From: Eledone cirrhosa
Taxonomy: Eukaryota
Direction: 5' to 3'
Length of the DNA stretch: 64,000 bases
NCBI GenBank assembly: GCA_964016885.1
Contig: CAXHJY010000693.1
Span: 1 to 64,000, forward strand
Below, piece after piece: positions 52,478 through 64,000 of the stretch. Below the pieces are notes generated by a model. The model was not told the origin of the DNA. It searched no databases and worked only from the letters and a program-made list of their open reading frames with translations. Positions within the stretch are counted from its first letter, which is position 1, and each line of letters begins with the position of its first letter. Made by a program: the position numbers and the translations under genes.

Positions 52478-54307
52478 TATTCGGTTTCTGTTAAAATAAT
52501 AGTAGAACTTGGATGAGAGAAACAAACTCGTTCCAGATAAAATATTTTGTTGTCATTCACTTACGTCTGTTTGTATAGAGTCTGAGTTGGAATATTTTCC
52601 ATTTAGATATTAATGGATGCACCTAGGCAAGGTTCCGTAACTCGTGAGGGAGTCATAGGGGCGCTGTATTGACACGTGACCTTTCTAGGGTATTTCTTTA
52701 CCTTGCGGAGCCCATCTCCACCCCGGAAGGTATAAATTAAAAAGAAATGAAATGATCCGAATCTCATCCCAGACCTCATTCGATTACTGAACCCTAGGTG
52801 TCAGTTACCTCAAGGTTCCATCTGATAACATTCAAAGGACATATTGAAATATCTGTTTGAATTTGTGGGGTCCACTTCTGACAGCAGCCACTGGAAGGAG
52901 TATTTAAGAATTTGTCCCCTCCCCATGACTCTCCCAGCAATAAGTGAGTGAAGAAGAAGAAGGTTTCACTCCTGTGGGGGTCCATCTCCATCCTGATAGC
53001 AGGGAGTAAGGAAGTATTATTTCCCAGGTATAAAACATCTACAACTACATTAACTAATCCTTAGATAGGTTTAAATACTTGATATGTATCTTCGAGTAAA
53101 CTAGAAATCTGAAACCTCATCATTCAACGGCCTAATGGTAAGGGTATTAATTTTACGGTCGCGGGGATCGTGGATACGATCCCCACATCGGACAACGTTT
53201 TATGTCCTTGAGCAAGGTCCTCGATTTCACGTTGCTTCGGTCAACTCAGATGAAAAATAAATACCAGTAATAGCTAGGGGTGGTGTTCTCACCAATGGGG
53301 AATATTGTGCTCTCAGTCGTTTAAAGTCATATAAAACTGAGATATACTTCAGTCACATAACTGTGGATGTAGTCTAGTGGTAAGGGTGTTGGACTAGCGA
53401 TCATAAGGTCGTGGGTTCTACTCCTGGACTGTGTGTTGCATTCCTGAGCAAAACCCTTTACTTCCCGTTGCTCCAATATACTCAGCTGAGTGTGAGTATC
53501 AGTAACAGCTGGAAGTTTAACACTCTGGTAGACTGACGTCCGATCCAGGGGGAAATTATGCATTTTCAGCCACTTCACACCACGGAAACCGGGATAAGTA
53601 CCAGCCTGATGAGCCCCCCCCCCCCCTGAATGATGACGAATGATCTGAGGACCATTTGGCTGTTATTTCTAGCAAATTAAATTGCCACGAATAGACTCCT
53701 TTTTTGGCATGTGATTAACCTTACAGCTGTTGTTATTTAACCCCAGGTCAGATTTTATTGACCATATCTATTATCACAGACACCCCTGTGTTACCTCGTC
53801 CCCCCTTTAACAATGTATAGAGTACCAAGGACTAAATTATTCTATATACTTTTCTGTGACTATGGTTTGTTATCTGAGGAATATTTAACTGTTATTTCTA
53901 GCGTTATAAACGACCACCTAGAGGCTTTATCATTAACTCACCAGTATTATTGTTACGGCCCTTGCCATTCTGAGTACAAATCCTGCCGAGGTTAACTTTG
54001 CCTTTCATCCTTACGGGGTCGATAAAATAAAGTACCAGTCATACACTGGGTAATTTCTGGCCTTGTGCCAAACGTAGAAACAATTATTGTTGCTACTGCT
54101 GTTTAACCTCAGGTCAGCTATGATTGAGTCTACTTATTATCAATGACGTTCCAACCGTGACTATTCCGTATTTTTCTTACGTGCATCTAAAGTATCTTTC
54201 TATAAAACATGGCAATGTGATTTGAAGGAGATTTGACTGTTATTTCTAGCATGTTAAATCATCACGTAGAAGCCACCTCATCATCTCACCAGTGTTCTTA
54301 TAGTAGC

Positions 54308-54440
54308 GAGGGTAGGCTGAAAAGTTCGTAGGCTGATTATGAAGGTGTTATGCTAGAGCTGTGAAATCTTGCATGCATTAATTTCAACTCTTCTTATTAA
54401 TAACTGCATTGTTTCTTTCCAGGACTATGTTGAAAAAAGG
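54308..54440 (+). mobile_element. mariner-like terminal fragment (another at ~63153-63190)
   Basis: CGAGGGTAGGCTGAAAAGTTC resembles mariner TIRs; no partner end seen. Confidence 0.45.
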
Positions 54441-56790
54441 GGTGCTCTGAGGAGGATGATGGTGTTGATGATGGTGTTGATTATGATGATGATGATGCAT
54501 ATATAAGTATAAAAGGTTCGATTGACTTTCGACAAATCAGACCGAGGAAACAATGTTTCCGTTGGTCTTTCCGTTGGTCTTTATTATCTATTGGTCGCAA
54601 CTCCAGGTAGAAGGAGCAACGTGAAATAAAGTGTCTTGCTCAAGGACATAACGCATCGCCTGGGAATCGAACTCACAACCTCAAGATTGTGAATCCAATC
54701 CGCCACACGCTTTCACATAAGAACTGGTTAGCAGAGCGTAGTTATATAAGTATAGAGTTGTGTATTTCACTCACAAGGTTTAGATTGACTCGAGGGCGTA
54801 GAAAAGAGACTTACCCAAGATGTCATTCAGTGAGAATCGAACGCGCCATCTCATGAATGCAAAGTAAACATCTTCGCCACCCAGCCACACTTGTATCAAT
54901 ATAGTGATGGAGACTCAATTGACCGTTGTCATTATCTGTGTAAGAATTTTCATCGTGATTAAGTAAGATAACATTATTCGTTTTTGCCCCTTTACACTCT
55001 GAGTTCAAATCCCGCGGAGGTTAACTTTGCCTTTCATCCTTACGGGGTCGATAAAATAAAGTACCAGTAATGCACTGGGATAATTGCTGGCCTTGTGCCA
55101 AAAGTAGAAACAATTATTCGTTTTTGTCAAACTTTGAATGAAGCCAGTTTGAATGATCACAGATAAGAGAAAACCAAGTTGAATGACTCCAAACAAGAAA
55201 GGAACAGTTTGAAATGAATACAAACGATACTTAAAACCAGATTCAATAACCACAAACAATACTTTAAACCAGATTCATAACCACAAACTTTAAACCTTTC
55301 TGAATGTGTGCGTGTGTGTGTGGGTGGGTGGGGTGGGTGGCGTGGTGACAGCTCACACCTATGCAGGTTTAGCTGGCCCCCTCCAAGGTATATCTCGTTG
55401 GAGGTGTCTTGGGTAATTTAATTATAGGGACCCCAGTCTTATCATCTCATTTCTACAGCTGAGTAAACTGGAGCAACGTGAAATAAAGTGACTTGCTCAA
55501 GGAAACAACACATCAGCCGGTCCGAGAATTGAACTCACAACCTTTCGATTGCAAGCCCAATGCTCTAACCACTAAGCCATGCGCCTTCACTCTCTGAAGT
55601 GGGCCTCTCTGAATGGCCACAAACAATACTTAAACCTCTCTGAATGGTCACAAACAAGAAAGAATCAGTTTGAATGACCAAAAACAAGCGAGAACCAGAT
55701 TGAGGCAATTCTATTATTTAATGTATTTGGTGTTGCTATGGCAGCAACCAATTGATAGAGTCGTAGGGCATCGGATGAAATGTCTCCCTATATATTTCGG
55801 GTATGGAACTCTCAGTTCAAAATCCTGCCTTGATTTAGTCGGTTATAATAAGGTTGGTTTTCATCTCTTTTTCTTCTTCTTCTTCTTCTTCTTCTTCTTC
55901 TTCTGAGAAGGAATTAGAAAGATCTCTTTCAGGGTTCCCCATCTGCTTCACACGAACCTTAAAAATCAGGAATACCCCCCCCCCCCCGCGCCCCACCCCA
56001 GTGTGAACCTGTCTACAGACACCTTGAATTTGTTCTGCCTTTGTTACTCTAAATATAGATTTTAAAGAGTTCCCTTTTCTTTAAACCCATCAACCAATGA
56101 CCTCCACCCATCCCAATCACCACCCTCTCCTAACACCAGAAAAGGGATAAATACCACCATATTACTTGGACAATCGGCTTCCTTATGATTTCTCCCGAAT
56201 GAAACAGTTCTATATTAAATATTTATACTCAGCTATGTATTGAGTACCTTACTTACTGTGGTTACTCCTGATTGAACCTGCGATTCTGTTTTTCTCTCTC
56301 TCTCTCTTACTGCTCCCTCGTTCTCTCTGTTTCTCCTACTTTCTTTCGCCCCCTCTGTCATGTCAGTTAACACTTTCTCTCTACTGACCTCTTCCTCACA
56401 CTTCCACTCACTCACTCACTGTTTCTCCCCTTCTCACTTCACCCCGTTCGCGACGAATACAATTTCCTTCTTTCTTACATTTGGATTCATCTCGAAAGGT
56501 CTTTTTTCTACGCGCTCATATATTCACCCAGCTTATGCTGACAGAATAACTATGCAGCTTGTTCCCTTCCTATCTACGGTTAGCTTTCCTCTTTGTTGTT
56601 TACTTGTCTCACTCGCTTTACGCGTTTTAATTGTCCTAATAACTTAATTTAGTTATTATTGCACCAACGTGATGTATATGAATTTTAATGCAATGAAATA
56701 TCTATGATCGTTGGCAAATCACTGATGAGGGACTCATTTTATAACATGTTATCCATGTGCAACCTGCAGTATTCTTCTCCCCATTTTTTC

Positions 56791-56835
<45 letters not shown>

Positions 56836-56837
56836 TA

Positions 56838-57690
56838 ATAAATAATAAAGAATTCATATCTAGTAACATATATATACATACAGATGCATATCAATTCTAG
56901 CAAATATATAGGTTTTGTCTTAATAACATTGTGGTTCAATGCATGGGGTTGCAGAACAATAATATAAGAGACGTAAAATAAGAAAATTATAAAATTAACT
57001 TACTTACTAAACTATCACTTCCAACTAATTAGTTTCTGGAATGGAGTAAATATATTTTCCGAAGAAGATATTGAGAAGCATTCCATCGTCAGGAAAGTCT
57101 ATTCTCATGTAAGTTTCCAGGCAAAGCGAGGACTCTGGAAACTTATTAAAAAATAATTCAGTGGATAGGAAATAGCAAAGCGTGGACTGAATTCCTAGCC
57201 ATTGAGAAAATCACTGCCTCTGCGTCTGTGGCAAATTCAAAAAGAATCGAACACGTGACATCGAGGTCAATCAGTGGAAAGTGGTTTGCTAATAAGACAG
57301 CGGCCTGCCTACAACCGTAGCAGCAGTCATGGCCAATATTGCTCGACAAATAATTTGGAGATAATAATAAAGAATTCATATCTAGTAACATATATATACA
57401 TACAGATGCATATCAATGCTAGCAAATATATAGGTTTTGTCTTAATAACATTGTGGTTCAATGCATGGGGTTGCAGAACAATAATATAAGAGACGTAAAA
57501 TAAGAAAATTATAAAATTTATAATTTTCTTATTTTACGTCTCTTATATTATTGTTCTGCAACCCCATGCATTGAACCACAATGTTATTAAGACAAAACCT
57601 ATATATTTGCTAGCATTGATATGCATCTGTATGTATATATATATGTTACTAGATATGCCTCTGTATGTATATATATATGTTACTAGATAT
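56838..57690. repeat. Direct duplication (56838-56997 = 57360-57517) plus palindrome with ~138-bp arms (57378-57655)
   Basis: Arms meet at ..TTATAAAATTTATAA.. near 57515. Confidence 0.85.
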
Positions 57691-58479
57691 GAAAAAGCGA
57701 AAAAAAAATGGGAAACAACAAACCGAAGAGTGTGCGAGCAACTATCTATCTACGTGCGTAAATATACTTTTACCTGTTCCAGCCATCCGGCTGAGGCCAT
57801 GCATGGATGGATGGATCATTGCAGGAGTGCCATAGTGGACATACAGCATGCCTGAATATTTCAAACCTGGCGGAATGCATCTCTTTCTACGGAAAACCTA
57901 TGATTCGATTTATAGCTCAACAAAAAGCAAGTTTTCCTGATAAGACAGGTTTGCGGTCGATCCCGCAACAGTCGAGACTTCTAGTGACCTTGGTTCTAGA
58001 ACCACCTCCCTACTCACCACCATCGGCACAGAGTTCGCTACCCGCAAGTGAGAGCCTCGTGTGGCTCTTCTTATGCATATCTCTTATCATCCTACAGGGA
58101 AACGCCTTCTCTTTTCTGCCCGCCGGGGCCGCTCGGCGACCAAGGCATGGGCTCCTGTTTGTTTATAATAGTGAGCGATGGGGAGAGTGACAGAGACGGA
58201 GGCAGTAAGTTAAAGAGAGAGAGAGAGAGAGAGAACACAGGCACTTGATAAGACAGGTAGACTGCTAATTAACCAGTGATCCATATGTTGCTATAAGTGT
58301 AGAATCACCAGAGCCGGAGAAATACCCAGTTGGCCATTGTTGGATTGATGGAGTTACATAGAAGCTCCGTAACCTCAACATGAAACTACCCCAGTTTTCA
58401 CACCTCACCGTACATCATCAACTTCATTTCCCAAAGAATCCTTACCGCTAGAAACGTCGGCGAAAACAAAATAAATTTA

Positions 58480-60020
58480 TAGATATATTTGGGGAAGATC
58501 ATGTTGTCCTAACATTGTCAAAAATAATGGTTTAGGCACAAGGCCAGCAATTTGAAGGGCAGTTGAAAGTCGATTAAATCGACCCCAGTATGTTACTGGT
58601 ACTTTATTTTATCGACTCCATAAGGATGAAAGGCAGAGTTAACCTCGGCAGGATTTGAACTCATGTCGGAAAGGGCCATAACCCTATTCCATAAAGCATG
58701 TAGTCCGACGCTCTAACCACACTGCTAATCCACCGCCCTGGCATTGCCAAAAGCAATAATTGTTTCTACTTTTGGGACAAGGCCAGCAATTATCCCAGTG
58801 CATTACTGGTACTTTATTTTATCGACCCCGTAAGGATGAAAGACAAAGTTAACCTCGGCGGGATTTGAACTCATATCATAAAGGGCCGTAACTCAGATCA
58901 TAAAGGGCCAAAAGTAATAATAAAACACACTCACTGTTTGGTTTGGATTTTTGCTTCAGTTCAGTACATCTTTATAAATGTTTTAGATGTCAATCAATGT
59001 TTATCATTGATTGACCAACCGAGGGGAAATCACTGAAGATGTCACAGAGTAATATGTGTGATGAAAGAAGTTTGAGAAACTTTGAGAAATTATATTTACA
59101 TTAATAATCTTAACTGTTGGTCAATCAATGATAAACATTGATTGTCAGCTAAATTACTTATTATAAATATATACTGAACTGAAGCAAAAAAACAAACAAA
59201 CCAAACAGTGAGTGTGTTTTATTATTGTGGATTGGCAGTATCGGTAGAGAAAAAGATGCCATGTTTTTCAGCATAGAGTTACGGCCCTTTACGAGTTCAA
59301 ATCCCGCCGAGGTTAACTTTGTCTTTCATCCTTACGTACCAGTTATGTACTGAGTAATTGCTGGCCTTGTGCCAAAAGTAGAAACAATTATTATTATTGG
59401 CAATATTAGGACAACATGACCCTCCCCAAATATAACAATATGACCTTCCCCAAATATAACAACATGACCCTCCCCAAATATAACAATATGACCCTCCCCA
59501 AATATAACAATATGACCTTCCCCAAATATAACAACATGACCCTCCCCAAATATAACAATATGACCCTCCCCAAATATAACAACATGACCCTCCCCAAATA
59601 TAACAACATGACCCTCCCCAAATATAACAATATGACCTTCCCCAAATATAACAACATGACCCTCCCCAAATATAACAATATGACCCTCCCCAAATATAAC
59701 AACATGACCCTCCCCAAATATAACAATATGACCCTCCCCAAATATAACAATATGACCTTCCCCAAATATAACAATATGACCCTCCCCAAATATAACAACA
59801 TCACCCTCCCCAAATATAACAATATGACCCTCCCCAAATATAACAACATGACCCTCCCCAAATATAACAACATGACCCTTCCCAAATATAACAACATGAC
59901 GCTCCCCAAATATAACAACATGACCCTCCCCAAATATAACAACATGACCCTCCCCAAATATAATAATATGACCCTCCCCAAATATAACAACATGACCCTC
60001 CCCAAATATAACAATATAAC
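58480..60020 (+). mobile_element. Fold-back hammerhead element (25608-26092 family), SINE-interrupted, ending in a 24-bp array
   Basis: Shared arms (CAATCAATGTTTATCATTGA, ACACACTCAC, TTGGGGAAG.TCAT); TCA-CTGAAGA-T-GTCACA..TGTGAT-GAAA-GAAG-TT-TGA at 59030-59075. Confidence 0.75.
59413..60015. repeat. 24-bp minisatellite, ~25 copies
   Basis: Unit AA(C/T)ATGACC(C/T)TCCCCAAATATAAC. Confidence 0.95.
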
Positions 60021-60253
60021 AGTAATGCAATTATCCCAGTGCATTACTGGTACTTTATTTTATCGACCCTGTAAGGATGGAAGGCAAAGTTACCTCGGCG
60101 GTAATTGAACTCAGACCATAAAGAGGCGTAACTATGCTACAAAGCATGGCGTCCAACCCTCTACTGATACTGCCAATGTAAAGTAGTTCTTAAGACATAT
60201 TCCCCGTTGTTTCCATAGCAACTTCATCACTGTAAGCCTATTATAAATATTTC

Positions 60254-61370
60254 ACTAGACATGAAAAATGCGCAAGCTCAAAAGTGCCACAGAATGTTAT
60301 AATAAACCTTCAAAAGTGTGGGACTAGAGTTGTTGCTAAAAAATATTGTAATCATTATATATCGTACATTCTGTGGCATCCTTTATAAAAATAGCTTAAA
60401 CCAACGAAGCCTTTATTTTTACGCTATTTCACTTAGTTAATTCTTAGAGTGTAACATATAAAAATATGATTTACAACTATAAAATAAATTAATTAATATA
60501 ATAACAGAGCTGCGGAGCTGAAATTTAGGAAATAATGGAGTATCGGATCCTGAGTTGGAGCCAGTCAATTTTTGGCCGACTCCGCAGCCCTGTATAATAC
60601 ATTTCATATTAAAGTTATTAATAAACCTATTTTACACTTCATGCAAATTACCACGAGATATTGATATTAGATATAAGATACAGCGCAATATCTACAGCTG
60701 TAAAAGTACGAAAGCGAAGTAATAATAAGTGGCTTAAGGTAATTCCAATATGAAAGTTTGTAGTGATAAAAATTTGATAATGCAATACGATTGTTAATAT
60801 TATAGTTCTATGAAAATGTAACAATAGATAACTAAATTATTTTACTATTAGTATATTTAAGAAATTATCATTATAGATTTGATCGTTCATATAAGCATCA
60901 TATTAAGTTTCAACACAATTATTTTGTTACTATGAGTATATGATAATAATATTACGTAATTATTTATAGCTGTTATTACATTAAACATAGATGTATTTAT
61001 TTTTATATGTTACACTCTAAGAATTAACTAAGTGAAATAGCGTAAAAATAAAGGCTTCGTTGGTTTAAGCTATTTTTATAAAGGATGCCACAGAATGTAC
61101 GATATATAATGATTACAATATTTTTTAGCAACAACTCTAGTCCCACACTTTTGAAGGTTTATTATAACATTCTGTGGCACTTTTGAGCTTGCGCATTTTT
61201 CATGTCTAGTTTAATATTTTTTTAAGGCAACGCTTGTAATAACTCTAGTTAAACAGGATATATATTAATAATAAATTATCGTTGTAATGTAATTAGATTA
61301 TGTAATTGTTATTATAAATTATCTTATAAATATTAGTGTAAGATGTATAAAAATATTTTCAGACTTTTAA
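60254..61370. mobile_element. Fold-back element with ~210-bp apparently perfect inverted arms
   Basis: 60254-60465 is the reverse complement of ~60999-61210; same family as 45845-46640. Confidence 0.8.
60505..60592. mobile_element. 88-bp hAT MITE
   Basis: CAGAGCTGCGGAG ... CTCCGCAGCCCTG; TSD TATAATAA/TATAATAC. Confidence 0.8.
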
Positions 61371-62327
61371 TATAAACAACTACAAAAAACAATCAATATT
61401 AAATCAATATATTATACATAATAGAAAACATAAAATATACAATACAAAAACAAAATATTTACATACAATTGCAATTATCAGTGTATATACATTTTCTTTA
61501 TATTCCCTGAGCAAATTAATAAGATTTGTTTTTATTGTACATAATTTGATGACTTGTTGGAGTGTATTAAAAGATAGCAACAATTTGTGATTAAATTGTT
61601 ATCTTAAGCAACTCACTTTTTAATAGTTGTTGGCTGAGCGAAATTGTAAAAGCCTATGAGCAAATATAAAAAAAAATACACAAACAACATTTCCTTGTGT
61701 TATTACAACATTAGATAAAATAATTGAGCAATGTCGTTATATTTTGCTCTTATTGCACATTAATAGTGTTTCTATTTTTCGGCACAAATCCATTACGGCA
61801 GTCCATTACTGGTACTTTATTTTATCGAATTAGTAAGTATGAAAGTCGAAGTTAACCTCGGCAGGATTTGAACTTAGAATGCAAAGGACCATAACAATAC
61901 TGCAAAGCATGGTGTCTGACGCTCTACCAATACTTGTGTTGAGCTGGTCATTAATTTATGGTGGTCGTGCGTGGAGTAGAGCAATCGCTAGTTGAAATAT
62001 TATGAACAAAACATTTTTATTTGCCGAAGAACATATTTTCAATACTGTTTGTGAATGTGACGAAGGAAATACATTCTGATATGGAACAGTGTACAAAGTG
62101 TGTCTGTGAATAACATAATGTTACCTCATGTTGTTGTCAAGACATAATGGATTTCGTATATCCAGTTAGAAGATGAAACCTAGCCATCTCGGATTAGTTA
62201 TATTTCATGCCATGTGTAAACGTGTTTGAGGATAGCAAAATATGCGCGTTAATTATAATAATTAGTTAATAATATTACAAAATATACCTAATTAAACTCT
62301 TTGCTTGAAATTTTATCATTCTTCGTT

Positions 62328-62362
<35 letters not shown>

Positions 62363-64000
62363 GGAGAGAGAGAGAGATTTATCTAGTCCTTCGCTCAAGA
62401 TTAATCTATAAGTTTAGATGTTTGCCTTCGTTTAAGTAAATATTACAGTAAGATTTTTAATATAAACAACTACAAAAAACAATTAATATTAAAACGAAAA
62501 AATTATCAATGATAAAAGAAGCGGATGCAACTTTTTTTTTTATAAAGTTATATTCCTGTTTCTTTAAAGAACATTTCATTTTTGTTCTATTGTAGGCGAA
62601 ATAATGCAATGGTTTAATAGGGAAGATATAACTTACGAATTATGTCTCTAACCGTGTAACGCTTTTTAAGTAGATAACTACAATTGAAAATACTAAAGAA
62701 ATGGAACCAACAATTCAATTTGAAAGTCGTCTAGTGACAGTGTATTACTGGTACTTTATTTTATCGACCCCGTAACGATGAAAGGCAAAAATGCAAATGC
62801 TTAAAATTTAAATTGCCTTAATTCTATCGTCTGCTGTTTCATTAAAGGGAGATTCTCGTCTGTATTTAATTCTATCGTCTACTGTTCCACTAAACAGATA
62901 TACCTCCACTATCGTCTCTATTTATACATTTTAACTTATAACTTATACACATTTGATTTGAAATATTTTATCTAGTCCCCCCTCTCAATATTATGATGAT
63001 TTCTTTCGAATGAAACAGTTCTAGTCCTGTAGAAGCCATTTATATATATAATTGAACCGAGTTAAAAATTCACAATATTTATAATTAAATAAGCTCATAT
63101 ATATATGTGTGTATTTATCTGTTTATTGTATTATATATAATGTGTGTATATACAGGATGTCCCCCAAAAATATATACACACTTCAACAGCATTCTAATAA
63201 CTATTGCCTGTACAGGTAATCAAAGTGTCAATCGAATGTTAGTTTCGTGTTTTAACAGTACAAATTTACAATACACACATAAAACCAGTGTATATACATA
63301 CATGAGTGTGTATACACATACATGAATGTGTATATACAATATATATGTATATATATAGACACATATATTCACGGTGCAACGGTACATTAAAATATAGATG
63401 CGGGAGAGGGGGGGTGTATATATAGGGGCGCTGGGGATAAAGGAGTGTAAAGCGTGTGTAATTGATATATTGAAGGAGAGGAGCGTGCAGCGATAGAGTA
63501 ACAAATATATAGAGAGGGGGTGAGATGGTATTGAAGGGGAGGAGTGCAAAGCGAAAGAGTAAGAGATATATATAGAGACGGAACAGATAGAGAGAAACAG
63601 GCGTAAGTAACAGTGGAAGAGATATAGAGAGAGGTACTCTGATTGGTTGAAAATTAGCCAATGACATACGATCACCACCACCACGGCTATCCCCGAAAAA
63701 TTTTTAAAGAAGCTAGGCATATATGTTAGAACACGAAAAGTGAACATTCTGTTGTTTCACACTTTTCGTGTTCTAACAGATAAAACATTACTATATGAAC
63801 CGTTATTTTCTCGAATTTTACCAAATCAAAATCTCACATCGATTTATACTTTATAACGAGTAGAACAAAGAATAATGAATTCTCTTTAAAACTTTCTTCC
63901 ATATTTTCAGTCTTAACTTTTTTATTTTAATTAATTTTTAATATTTTTATTGTATTCTGAATTAAATATTTGTTGATGACTTATGCGACTGCTTTGGTTT

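Noticed and set aside
53600-53640. CTGATGA hammerhead core
   Set aside because: Part of a SINE 3' region; no GAAA or stems follow.
59332-60108. Three >200-aa repetitive ORFs; CRISPR-like appearance
   Set aside because: Contiguous 24-bp tandem repeat without spacers; open frames follow from the unit length; eukaryotic context.
63724-63778. 19-bp-arm hairpin as pre-miRNA or terminator
   Set aside because: Hairpin is real but nothing else supports a function; fold-backs are common in this window.

Overview
AT-rich, microsatellite-dense eukaryotic DNA; the SINE and MITE families suggest a cephalopod such as octopus (inference from recalled repeats, not a search). Most ORF-track entries are microsatellite artefacts. 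Retroelements present: a near-complete Naiad-type Penelope-like element (PLE; RT + GIY-YIG, 5.4-8.7 kb) plus other PLE fragments; a full-length decayed Tx1/L1-clade LINE in a GATA repeat plus two partial relatives; and a nearly intact R4/Dong-clade RT + restriction-like endonuclease element abutting a (TAA)n tract. There are also many tRNA-derived SINEs and several hAT, pogo/Tigger, piggyBac and mariner MITEs. Two minisatellites grew out of transposon ends. Two signals are not shown by the ORF track. First, about 15 type I hammerhead ribozyme motifs of roughly ten distinct sequence families, many in short non-coding fold-back elements. Second, a phase-consistent three-exon host gene model encoding an unrecognised 119-aa single-pass membrane protein. 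All folds and alignments were done by eye.
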